DNA from: Bacteroidota bacterium | Lineage (GTDB): Bacteria; Bacteroidota; Bacteroidia; Bacteroidales; UBA7960 | Direction of reading: 5' to 3' | DNA length: 64,000 bases | Assembly (NCBI GenBank): GCA_007693555.1 | Contig: REDJ01000242.1 | Coordinates: 15 to 64,014, forward strand | In this document: piece by piece, positions 1-10,200 of the stretch | How positions within the stretch are numbered: the stretch's first letter is position 1 | Layout of the letters: each line of letters begins with the position of its first letter | Translations under genes and position numbers: made by a program | Notes under the pieces: generated by a model | The model's database searches: none | Told to the model about the DNA's origin: nothing | Seen by the model: the letters and a program-made list of their open reading frames with translations, nothing else

Positions 1-3000
1 TTATCCGTTTCAAAGTCAATGGGGGTATTGCGAATATCTTCAATTGAGCTGATATCTTCAGTTAAATGATGATACCTGCCGGGCAATTCAATCTCGCCTC
101 CTGTAAATGAAAAAACAGCTCCTCCCTGATCAGCACTGCGGATTTGACGTGCACTTATCTTTCCGCCATTAACAATCACTTCTCCCCCTGCTCTCGCGAT
201 GATTATACCTCCTGACATTCGTGTTGACAGATAACCCTGATTAACAATCAGGGATCCCAGAACCAGAAGTTCCTGCGGGAAATTTTCCTTATGCACTCCT
301 GTGGGTGTTACACCCCATGCAGCCTCAACCTCGTTGGGTGTATCGGCGGAAACAAGCACAGTAGCTCCGGGCGAGTCAAGGATCAAAGCTGCATTGGCAG
401 GAATGAACCACGAGGAATTGTTTGAACCTCCTCTTCCTTCGGTAAGGCTGGCAAGTGTTGTGTTACCCGTAAGCCTTAGTGTACCGTTACGAAGCCAGAG
501 GGCTTTCCGAACCTCCGGATTGTTCCCTCCACTTCCGGCATTGTAAACATTTGCCCCAAAAAGTCTGAAAAAATGCGGTTGTTCAGCTACCAGCTCCATT
601 TCAGCTGCCGGGCCTTCGCCCTTGTCAATAATCAGATTGTAAAAGTCGGAAAGTCCGTTGCATTCTATTACTGCATTCTCGTCGCCATAGAAACGCACCG
701 TAACTGCTCCTCTGTCAGTCAGGTTTTCAAAATCAGGGACAGTAATTTCCTCACTGAAAAAACGAACCTGCCCGTTATTGTAAAAACCTCCCCCAACATA
801 CAGCTTATGGTAAATATCATAGTATCTGGGAACCAGTGACCCGGGAAAAGTGCCATGTGGAGGCAATTGCCCATTGGAGGTACTTGCTGTACCTGCAAAA
901 ATGGCACCTTGTGAATCCACATGTATATCATTATAGACATCCACAATTACAGGTATGTGTATATCGTCAGATGTATCATCCCTGAATATTTGCAATATTC
1001 CTTTCTCTACGCGTAAATTGCCAAAAACCTCCAGATCATTAACCAATATTGCTTTGTTGGAGGCATCGGGAAGATTTATGGTAAGATGATTATAATGCTC
1101 CTGCTCATTGAGTTCAAAGGATGCATCCGGCACATTGTATTCAACGGTACCACCTTCAGGTTGAACAAAAAGATTGAGAGCCACCAGGGGCATTTGGTTG
1201 GTGGCCAGTTTGAGCGTGCCTTCTCCCTTAAGGGTTGAAACTACCTGTGTAAAGACATACTCTCCCAAATCCAGAATTGCACTGTTTCGTATTTCAATAT
1301 TTATTCCTTTGGCATCAATGTTTTGCTCAAGATGTACAGTACGGCCGGGTAAAATCACGGCATTGTCGGAAGCTCCCGGCACCTGGCTGCCTATAAGCAA
1401 TTGACCCGATGGGTCGGTGGTCCATGTGTCAGGATCACCCCAGGGGCCATCCATATATGAGTAAAATGTTTCGCGGATGGTTTCATCATCAAAGGCAGTC
1501 CATTGCCCTTCAACCGGGAGTGGTTGGGTAAATTCTATATAATTTTCGTGTACCTGTGTATCATCATAATTGATAAATTCGCTACCTGTCCATTTGTATG
1601 TTTTGTAAAGGGCCGGATCGCCAATAACATCAACAGGGGAGAAATACATATCCATCCGGACATTCCCGTTTCCTGCATCTGTTTCAATCTCCCAGAACCT
1701 CACGAGGGCATCATAAGACTGGACAATACTTTGATGACGTTCGGGTACTGCTTTTACACGAAAGTATCTTGAATTTCCGGTATCCTCTATCTCATGAACC
1801 CAAACCGGAGAATATCTTCCGCCTGAACCAACCGGATATATTCCTTTCAGATAATCATAATCATTATACCCAGACCCCCTTTTTTCCAGAAAACCTTCTC
1901 CGTTTGTTTCTACCATGGCATTAGGGCCAAAATCACCGGTAACATCTGCATCGAAAAGCATAAGATTGTATTCGCCCAATCTCAACCTGCCCGAAGTAAG
2001 CCGCAGTTCATCATTAATTCTGATATTATCCTCCAACCATTTGGTGGAGCCTCCTGCAATTTCAAGAATGGAATAATGGTCTGATGAATGGGGTGAAAAG
2101 ATCTGCTGTGGCTGTGATGCAAGGTATCTGACTTTGGTACCGGGAGCATAATTAAACCGGTTGACCTGGTTAACAGTTCCGTAAAGGTGCATCTCATGAG
2201 GATGTGCACCTCCTGTCATATTTACCCTTCCGCCGGCACCTACAAGGTCGCCATATACAGTAAGAATTTGTGTTTCATCGCTACCAAAAGCAAGAGTTCC
2301 GGTCGTGATGTGGAGATAACCATTTACGGTGACATCTCCATCCAGGGTTTTGTTTCCACTTGCACGTGTGATGGCAAGATTGCTGTAAACAGGAATATGT
2401 GATATGGTTTGAACCTGCCCGTCGTATCTTACCAGACTTATGGGATCAAGTTCGATATTTTCTCTTGTGAAAAGCTCCGGGAACCCTGCTATCTGTGCAG
2501 TATTGCGCCCTATAACCATTTCTGATTCTTCGCGCATGATAAGTTTTCCTGTGGGATTGCCGGTAATTTGAAATTCCCGTGTCAAAAGGGTGGTATTCTC
2601 ATCAATAACCATATCTCCATTCACGCTGAGATGTCCCTGCATGCTTCGGTTGCCGGATCCGGTAAATACCAGGTGATGGTAGGCAGTTCCCTTTACATTC
2701 TGATCATTATCCTCCCGGCTGTACATCACAGTATTGGGCGAATGTACCGCTAACAATTGTCCAGTGGTCATGGGCTCATTGCCATTCTGATAGGTAAGGA
2801 ATGATCTGTTGTCCCAGACAGAGCCAGAGTTAGTACCATTCAGACGCCCGTTCATCAGCACTCCGATTGTATCGGTATTTACCTGGTTAATAACCGTAAT
2901 ATTATCCGAAATGAAAAGATTTCCATTGAGGAAATAAAAGGACTCCTCACCCTGTATGATTGTGTTTTCAATGAAATTAACATTGCCACTTCCTTCTTTT

Positions 3001-6000
3001 AAAAACTCTCCCATATTATTGAGATTACCTCCTAAATTCAAAACGGAATTGGCAGTTGGGTTAAAAACCGCTTCTTCTTCTATAATCAGGGTTCCCAGAA
3101 AAGTATTTTGCCCCGAGTTATTATTATCAATAAAATATGCCTGTTGAAAATGTGCCGTCCCACCTTCATTAACATAAACACTTCCGTTAAAGGCATTGAA
3201 TGTGCCATTAAGAGCCTGAAGATTTTCAATATAAACTAGATTTCCCAGTCGTAGCTCACCGTTTTCTTCAAGGTCCATGATAAAACTGTCAATCAGATTA
3301 GTTTGCCCATCAATAGTTTCATCAAATAAAAAGGAAGATGTATGGTTTCCGGTGCCAGCGATAATAAGCTCAGAACCTGACCCACCGCGGATGCGACCAT
3401 TTCTTGAGCGTGTGTGATTCCCATCCAGGGTAAGTAAAAAACCATTAATGTCAAGATGGTTTGATGAGGTATTCATGTTGAATATGAGGTTACCGTTTAC
3501 CGTCAAATCCCTTTGTAAAATAGTATTGGTACGTGTATTTGCACCAATCTGCATATTCTCAAAAACGATTTCTCCGTCGCCTCTTATTTCCCAGTTTGTA
3601 TCATGGTCTCTGAAATACATAAGCCCCTGGGACCCATTGAATAGTCCGCCATTGTTGGTGAAATGATGATCAGAAAAACTGCCCCTGTAAAAATTCAATG
3701 TGGAATTCGTACTGAAATTTTTAGGCTCTTCTCCTGTAAGAGTTACAGACTGAAAAGCAAAGCTTCCTCCGCCTTGTAAAACAGTGCCGCTCCCGGTCAT
3801 AAGAAGTTCTGCATAGCGGGTATCGGAAGAATGAAGACTAAACTGACCCCCGCTGCGCACTTCAAGCAATCCATGAATGGTAAGGCTATGTGGTGTGCCG
3901 GCAAGTGCTCCTGAACCGCTTGTGATGAAACGTCCGCTGCTGCCCTGACCTACCGTTAGGTTATTGAATTCAAACTCATGTGATGCTGAGTTATCTATTA
4001 CAGCCGAAGAGCCATTATTTATGTGAAAAAGATTACTGACCTGAAAACTCCTTGCCAGAAACTTATTTCCTGTGCCATTGAAAATAAGATTATTGAAAAC
4101 CACAGTTCCTGTCCCTTCTCCCTGTAAGAAATGGTTGTTACCATTACGACTGAAAAATACCGTTCCGGCATCCGCAACAAAACCCTGTTCTGCATTGCTG
4201 TTACTGGTAAAATGCAGGTGAATCTGGATGTCATCAGAAGTGAGAACCGTTGTTGATTCCTCAATAACCATATTCCAGAAAGTGTGATTTCCACCACCAC
4301 TTATGCTGATTATACCTCCGCCGGTTTTATCAAAAAAAGTATTGTTGCTGGTTTGAATGTAACTCCCACTGTTTGTAAAACTGTTGGAAATGGTAAATTC
4401 CTGATTGGTATTCAAGGTTCCTGACAATATATTTAAATCGTTTACTGTCAGTGGTGTCCTGAAATTATATTCAGAAGGCGAATTAACGATCAGTTCTTCC
4501 AGGTCCCATACACCATTTTCAAAATGAATGTCATTATTAACAGTTGGTTCTCCATTGCCCAAAACAAGTCTTGAGCCGGGTGTCGCGCCCAGTTCACCAC
4601 TACTTGAACGCAAATAGTTCCCTATTACGGTAAGCGTATGGCCATTCAGATTTAGGTAACTGTTAAGAGTATTGTTGTGATTAACTCTAAGGTCTCCTTG
4701 TACAAGTATGTCTTTTTCAAGTGTTTGAATGGTTTGATTATTGCCTCCGCAGGTAAGATTATTGAATGTAATTTCTCCGGTACCCCGAATAAAATAGGTA
4801 TCCCTGAAAACTACTGCACCTCCTTCAAATACCAAATCACCGCCATCATTAAGAAGATGATTTGTATGGATATCATTACCTGTAAAGAATGAAATATCTG
4901 AGGATGTATTAACAGATTTATCGTTTTCGTTTGTAAGTGTAAGATTTCTGAAAATATAAACCCCTTCTCCCGTTATAATTTCTCCATCTGAGGTAATTGT
5001 GAGATTTGTAAACCTGTTAGCATTGTTGCGATTCAAGTCCACACGGCCTTCATTGATAAGTTTGCCATGCAGGGTTAATTCATGCTCAACATCTGAATTA
5101 CGGGTATAAAAATGAGCAAACTCATTGGTAAGTAAAAAGTCACCATGAATAATCAAATTCTGAGGTACGGTTGCATTGAAAAGTCTTGCATGGTCATATA
5201 TAACAAGGTTGCCAAAAACATTCATTGTTATGGAAACATCTTCAATTAATTTATTTCCGTTGGAAGAAACTGCCTGAGTCCCCAAATGAAGGTGAAAATA
5301 ATCTGTGGCCTTCAGGTTCTGATTGCTGTTTGCATTATAAAAGAAAATATTGTTATTTGCACCCAGGTCCATCTGCCCGGTATTCATCGGAATAGAAGTA
5401 CCTGAATATTCTGTAACGGCATCCTCCCCATTGCGAAAAATGGCATCCGGGCCCAAGCCATCCAATGAGCCTGTAATTATAATGTCACGATCATTCGTAA
5501 GTGAAACATCATCTTCAACACGAACATTGGCAAAAGTCAGATTACCGCTGCCTGTGCCTTCAATAACCTGATTTTGGTTTTCAAAACTCGTTGTTAGCGT
5601 AATTGATACTGCCGCATTACCTGTATGTTCTATTCCACCATGAAAAACTGCTCCCCTGATATCCACACTTCCCTCATCCTGTATTATAAATTTTCCCTGA
5701 AATGTATTGGTTCCACCGTTGTTAATATCACCAAATATTCCCGTAATAAGGGTTTCACCTATAACTGTAAAGTCTCTTCGTTCAAGGCTCAGAGAACCAT
5801 GTACTTCCAATGACGGCACCGTTGTGGTTTCGTTTGTAGAAGGTATTTGAATACTGTGTTCTTCCAGTATCACAACATGACCAGTTGGCTGGGCTCCTCC
5901 GGGTCTGTAGGTTGCATCTGTCCAGTTGGAGCCGTCAAAACGCTCCCAGTTGGAAACAGTAAACCAGTTACCGTTGTCTTTGGTTCTGAAATCATTAACC

Positions 6001-6104
6001 GATTGCGCTGATAATGTGAATTGTATGGATGAAAATACAGTTACAAGAAGTAAAAAACCGGCTGCTTTTACTTTTCCAAATACTCCTGCCAATAAATTTT
6101 TCAT
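1..6104 (-). CDS. Giant secreted/cell-surface repeat protein, 3' end cut by the window edge (at least 2034 codons). Not in the supplied ORF track because it has no stop codon inside the window.
   Basis: The ATG at complement 6104-6102 gives MKNLLAGVFGKVKAAGFLLLVTVFSSIQFTLSAQSVNDFRTKDNGNWFTVSNWERFDGSNW (signal-peptide-like N-terminus). I hand-checked this frame for stops at 1-60, 3001-3060 and 4501-4560 and found none. It is still open at position 1 (..EDISSIEDIRNTPIDFETD). All other frames over these 6.1 kb give ORFs of 93 aa or less. The motif FYSYMDGPWGDPDTWTTDPSG at ~1400-1470 matches the module-start motif of the neighbouring 2980 aa protein. Confidence 0.8.
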   Translation of the reverse strand, partial: MKNLLAGVFGKVKAAGFLLLVTVFSSIQFTLSAQSVNDFRTKDNGNWFTVSNWERFDGSNWTDATYRPGGAQPTGHVVILEEHSIQIPSTNETTTVPSLEVHGSLSLERRDFTVIGETLITGIFGDINNGGTNTFQGKFIIQDEGSVDIRGAVFHGGIEHTGNAAVSITLTTSFENQNQVIEGTGSGNLTFANVRVEDDVSLTNDRDIIITGSLDGLGPDAIFRNGEDAVTEYSGTSIPMNTGQMDLGANNNIFFYNANSNQNLKATDYFHLHLGTQAVSSNGNKLIEDVSITMNVFGNLVIYDHARLFNATVPQNLIIHGDFLLTNEFAHFYTRNSDVEHELTLHGKLINEGRVDLNRNNANRFTNLTITSDGEIITGEGVYIFRNLTLTNENDKSVNTSSDISFFTGNDIHTNHLLNDGGDLVFEGGAVVFRDTYFIRGTGEITFNNLTCGGNNQTIQTLEKDILVQGDLRVNHNNTLNSYLNLNGHTLTVIGNYLRSSSGELGATPGSRLVLGNGEPTVNNDIHFENGVWDLEELIVNSPSEYNFRTPLTVNDLNILSGTLNTNQEFTISNSFTNSGSYIQTSNNTFFDKTGGGIISISGGGNHTFWNMVIEESTTVLTSDDIQIHLHFTSNSNAEQGFVADAGTVFFSRNGNNHFLQGEGTGTVVFNNLIFNGTGNKFLARSFQVSNLFHINNGSSAVIDNSASHEFEFNNLTVGQGSSGRFITSGSGALAGTPHSLTIHGLLEVRSGGQFSLHSSDTRYAELLMTGSGTVLQGGGSFAFQSVTLTGEEPKNFSTNSTLNFYRGSFSDHHFTNNGGLFNGSQGLMYFRDHDTNWEIRGDGEIVFENMQIGANTRTNTILQRDLTVNGNLIFNMNTSSNHLDINGFLLTLDGNHTRSRNGRIRGGSGSELIIAGTGNHTSSFLFDETIDGQTNLIDSFIMDLEENGELRLGNLVYIENLQALNGTFNAFNGSVYVNEGGTAHFQQAYFIDNNNSGQNTFLGTLIIEEEAVFNPTANSVLNLGGNLNNMGEFLKEGSGNVNFIENTIIQGEESFYFLNGNLFISDNITVINQVNTDTIGVLMNGRLNGTNSGSVWDNRSFLTYQNGNEPMTTGQLLAVHSPNTVMYSREDNDQNVKGTAYHHLVFTGSGNRSMQGHLSVNGDMVIDENTTLLTREFQITGNPTGKLIMREESEMVIGRNTAQIAGFPELFTRENIELDPISLVRYDGQVQTISHIPVYSNLAITRASGNKTLDGDVTVNGYLHITTGTLAFGSDETQILTVYGDLVGAGGRVNMTGGAHPHEMHLYGTVNQVNRFNYAPGTKVRYLASQPQQIFSPHSSDHYSILEIAGGSTKWLEDNIRINDELRLTSGRLRLGEYNLMLFDADVTGDFGPNAMVETNGEGFLEKRGSGYNDYDYLKGIYPVGSGGRYSPVWVHEIEDTGNSRYFRVKAVPERHQSIVQSYDALVRFWEIETDAGNGNVRMDMYFSPVDVIGDPALYKTYKWTGSEFINYDDTQVHENYIEFTQPLPVEGQWTAFDDETIRETFYSYMDGPWGDPDTWTTDPSGQLLIGSQVPGASDNAVILPGRTVHLEQNIDAKGINIEIRNSAILDLGEYVFTQVVSTLKGEGTLKLATNQMPLVALNLFVQPEGGTVEYNVPDASFELNEQEHYNHLTINLPDASNKAILVNDLEVFGNLRVEKGILQIFRDDTSDDIHIPVIVDVYNDIHVDSQGAIFAGTASTSNGQLPPHGTFPGSLVPRYYDIYHKLYVGGGFYNNGQVRFFSEEITVPDFENLTDRGAVTVRFYGDENAVIECNGLSDFYNLIIDKGEGPAAEMELVAEQPHFFRLFGANVYNAGSGGNNPEVRKALWLRNGTLRLTGNTTLASLTEGRGGSNNSSWFIPANAALILDSPGATVLVSADTPNEVEAAWGVTPTGVHKENFPQELLVLGSLIVNQGYLSTRMSGGIIIARAGGEVIVNGGKISARQIRSADQGGAVFSFTGGEIELPGRYHHLTEDISSIEDIRNTPIDFETD

Positions 6105-6223
6105 GGGTTTTGAATTGTATACTTTATTTCCAATATATGTTCCCTGATTGATTGCTTTTTTTGTTTAGCAGTTACAGGTGAAAAATCCTGCCATCAAGCT
6201 GCGTTTTCAGTAATTTTAACATA

Positions 6224-6231
6224 CAAAAATA
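6224..6231 (-). promoter_or_regulatory. Candidate Bacteroidota -7 promoter box (TAttTTTG on the minus strand) for the giant ORF starting at 6104
   Basis: Plus strand reads caaaaata, reverse complement TATTTTTG, an exact match to TAnnTTTG. It lies ~120 nt upstream of the ATG and downstream of the terminator at 6436-6467. Confidence 0.4.
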
Positions 6232-6435
6232 TCTATATTAACATTTACTCTTTTCCGTTATTTTACCCGGTTGTTTTATACGGTTTACACGTAATTCTTT
6301 TGTACAGCTTTATTTTGCAAATTGCTGTTTTTCACAGGCGTTATATCGTAATTATATGATAGACTTGAACGCAATATGTTCTTCCTCTGACCTGGTGTGA
6401 CTACAGGAATAGATTAAAAAAACCTGACCAAAACT

Positions 6436-6467
6436 AAAAAACGCCTGCCGGTATTTTCCGGCAGGCG
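6436..6467 (-). terminator. Rho-independent terminator after the 167 aa gene
   Basis: Perfect 10 bp stem cgcctgccgg / ccggcaggcg (6442-6451 / 6458-6467) with a 6 nt loop. On the minus strand it is followed by T6 (6436-6441). It sits 50 nt past the stop at 6517. Confidence 0.8.
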
Positions 6468-6516
6468 TATGGGTCATGGTTGCAGATATGGGGAATTGCG
6501 GATTGCTTTTGGGTTT

Positions 6517-7020
6517 TTATTTTGCTGAGAGGAAACCTGCACAAACTATGAAAAGGTTTTCTGTAACTTCACATTCGGTTTTGATAAATTTTGCCAGTTT
6601 GCCGTTGGTTAATACTTGATTTTTTTCTTTCCTGATTTCTGCGAAAACTTCTCTGGTATCAAATCCAAAGTTATCTTCTACTTCCTGCTCGGGTTTGCTG
6701 ATGCTGCTGAGCAATACACCCAGGTATTCATCATTGTTGTTCTCTTTTTTTACATTGAATACGGGAAGCTCTTCTTCAACAAGGCTTTCAGTATATACTG
6801 GCATTCCGGTGATTTCAAATTTACTCATCCTGTAACTGTTGATGAACTCAGCATGTCCGGGGATAGATTCTTCTACCGGTTGTTCTACTTTGGAAGTGAT
6901 TTCCATTACTTTACCATTTGACAATTGAACTTCAAAAGTTCTTGTGTTTCCTGCTATTGCAAAGTTTACACTCAGGATTATCAAGGTTGCGGTCAGGGTT
7001 ATTTGCTTAAGTGTTTTCAT
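6517..7020 (-). CDS. Small acidic secreted protein of unknown function (167 aa)
   Basis: N-terminal signal-like MKTLKQITLTATLIILSVNFAIAGN, then an E/D-rich body. A strong terminator follows on the same strand. It sits between the two giant genes. I recognise no family. Confidence 0.6.
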   Translation of the reverse strand: MKTLKQITLTATLIILSVNFAIAGNTRTFEVQLSNGKVMEITSKVEQPVEESIPGHAEFINSYRMSKFEITGMPVYTESLVEEELPVFNVKKENNNDEYLGVLLSSISKPEQEVEDNFGFDTREVFAEIRKEKNQVLTNGKLAKFIKTECEVTENLFIVCAGFLSAK

Positions 7021-7261
7021 GACTTTGTGATTTTATATTTTTTATTTTTTGAGTTTCTTTTTGAATGTTCTTCCATAGTAATATCCAAGCGCGTGCCAAA
7101 CATCGCAATTGCATGTTATTAAGCGCATTACAAATGATAAACAATAATGAAATTAAAAAAAAGGACATTTAAGTGTACGGAGCAGTTCATACACCGTCCG
7201 CATGCGAACACTTTTTTGAAAGGTCAGTTGAATTTATAGAACAGAATTGGCAATAAAGCCG

Positions 7262-10200
7262 TTAGTTTACCACCATACGCAGTGTAAACCTTCCTGAGGG
7301 GCCGGTAACCGTAACCAAATAAACCCCGGTTTTCAATTGTCCGGCAAAAACAAATTTAGTTTGCAATCCTCCATTATCATCAGCATGCTTAGAGGATATA
7401 TAAACCGTTTTACCGTATAAATCAACAATGCTAAGTTCCAGATTCTCAAAGGGTCTCAATCCGTTTAACAGGATATTGAATGCATTGCCGTTATTGGGGT
7501 TGGGATAAAGACTGAACAATACATCTGACTGTTGCTGAAAATAAACACCAATAATATCGCTGTATTCAAAGCTTCCGTCAAAGTCTGTTTGTTTCAACCT
7601 GTAATAGTTCATGCCAATTTCGGGATTCTTATCCCATGCTTTATAAAAAAGTTTCTCGTTACTGAATCCACCTTCTGCATTGCTTGAAACTAGGGCAACA
7701 ATTTCAAAGTTCCTGCCATCGCGACTTCGCTCAATGGTAAAGAAATCGTTATTGATTTCAGTGGCAGTTACCCATTCAAGCAACACCATGTTTTCCCGGG
7801 CATTTGCGGTAAAGGAAAGCAGTTCGATGGGCAATGGGACCTCTTCTTCATTGACAGAACCCAATGTAAGGAAAGCTGATCCCGATTTTGATGCAAACTC
7901 TGTAGGAATTTGTGCTCTTACATAACCTGTGCCGTTTCCGAAGGCCTGAGCATCAGAGTTGCCCTTATCGGTCCAGTGGCCGTCATCCCATTGGGCCACA
8001 GTCATGAATAACTCCAGTTGTTCGGGTTCAACATCCGGAATGGCACTTCCTGGTCCCCAGCTTAGTTGTACCCTGGCACTGCCTCCTGAAGGCCCTTCCA
8101 ATTGCCAGTATTCGAGATCACTGACTATCTGCAGAACATCCCCTTCGATTGATTCTGGATCAAGTTCGATATTGTCAGGATTTTCTCCAAAATATTCCAT
8201 TCCCCAGAATTGATTTCCGGAAACATGTTGCACATCAAACAGCCTTGTATACCGGGGTCTGTTGCCTTTACCAATCATAAAGAGCTGATCAGAACTGCCA
8301 TGGCCGATTTGCCTGATGAGTTTCCCATCAATCCAGCTGGCAAAAGAACCGGCTGATGTTTCAGGATGATAGTTTCCAAACATGGTAAGGCTGCTTCCAT
8401 TTTGCATTCTCACAATTCCGTTTTGCAGGTAAAGAAGATTTCTCACTTCAATGGAGCTTGCAAAGTTAACGCCCTGATTATTCCTGATTCTTAAATCAAA
8501 GAAGCTGTTTTCACTTGTAAATTCTCCAGTAATATTCTGTAGAAGATTACCTCTGAAATCAAAGTAATTGGCAGTGGTTAAACCTGCGGAAGCATCTTTC
8601 TGCAAGTTACCGTAGATCTCTACTCTTTGTGCTGCACCCAGTCTTGCATTTTCAAGGAGTGTAAGATTTCCCAGGATATGCGTTGTTTGAGCGGGAAGGT
8701 TTCTTTGACCGTTTCCTCTGAGGATAAGATTATTATAGTTAGAAAATCTTGTGGGTAAGCCATAATTTACATTTCCATCGAATTCAAAGGTACCGGTACC
8801 GGCTGCAACAAATTCATCATAATTGCCAGAAGGAATGGAGGCTGATTGTAAAGTAATGGTTCCGGTTCCACTTACAACACCTAAAATATGATTAATGGTT
8901 GTGTTTATATCAAGTATTCCGTTGCCAAGTATTTCGGTCCGGTATGCCTGCCTGAAATTCTGGTTCATTGTTACTGTATGCCCGCCTAAAATTCTCACAA
9001 TGTGTCCGAAAGGACCATTGGCAGGAACCTCTCCTCCGCCTTCCCTTATCCACGTTGATGGATTGGTCCAGTTACCGCTGGTTTGAGAGATAAATACAGG
9101 TACATTATCAGGAATATCCTCCCCGATACCGGCAGTATAATCTCCGTTGATTTGGCTTTGATTGCTAAAGGTAAATCCTACATGATTTTCATCTTCATTA
9201 ACTATCTGAAAAAAGTCAGGGTCATCGGGATCTGGTTCGGAAAACTTTGACCATTCATCGCCAAAAAGCCTCGCTGCCAGATATTCGGCTTCATCTTCAA
9301 AATCATCACGCACATCTTCCTGTAAATAATGAAATCTCAGAAGACCTGTAAAATCTGAAAGTCCCTGGCTGGTTGCCGTCCAAAAGTACTGCAGAACACG
9401 TCCGGGAGAAGGATCTATTGTTAAATGCCTTCTGTTGACCGGAAATACAGAAACAGACCCCTGAGTATTGCTGTTTGCAACAGCAATCTGAACCGGTGTA
9501 TATTTTTGTACTGTACCGTCATCCGTACCTATGGGAATATGAAAATGGTATGTATAGGCTGGGTCATCAATATCATATGCCTGCACCGGGGTTCCTCCTG
9601 AAACTGCTGGCAATAATTTTTCCACTCCCCTGATAAAATTACTGCCATCCACGGCAATCATTTTTTGATTGCTGAAATCGTTTCCCTCATTTACGATGGC
9701 AGCATTTAAGCCAAGGCTGAGTTTATGGAACTGCAATTGCAGAATACCATTGCGCATGATTAGATCACTGTTGAGTGAAATATCGTTTTCTAAGATAATG
9801 CTTTCGGGATTGTCAATTACTATCCTGCCAAACTGACCCTGGCCGGTTATTCTCTGGGTTGAGGTACCGGAAAAATTTATACCTCCGTCTGCCGGACCGG
9901 AAGAAACGTGTGAGCTATTATTGAAGATATTTCCTTTGAGAAAAATGTTATTGCCTCCATCTGTGAGCTGTCCGTTTAATAAGTGCAAATCTGCTTCTAC
10001 TGTCAAATCTCCTGTTCCTGTCAGTGTAAGTGAAGTTTCAGGTTGTACCACCAGATTGCGTACTTTTACATTCCCGGTGATTTGTTGTGTTGGGGATGCT
10101 CCCGGAACAGAGCTGTTACCTGTCATAAATAATGTGTCCACATTGAGGTTTTCCTCCCCGTTGTTGATAATATGGCGTTTTACATTCAGATTAAAAAGGC

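Noticed and set aside
301-6147. Short ORFs listed in the track over the first 6 kb, mostly plus-strand
   Set aside because: They are shadow ORFs of the unlisted giant minus-strand ORF (1-6104). None exceeds 93 aa and none has motifs.
7150-7261. Possible terminator after the 2980 aa gene (T8 on the minus strand at 7162-7169)
   Set aside because: I could find only 4-5 bp of imperfect pairing ahead of the T-tract. That is too weak to call without a folding calculation.
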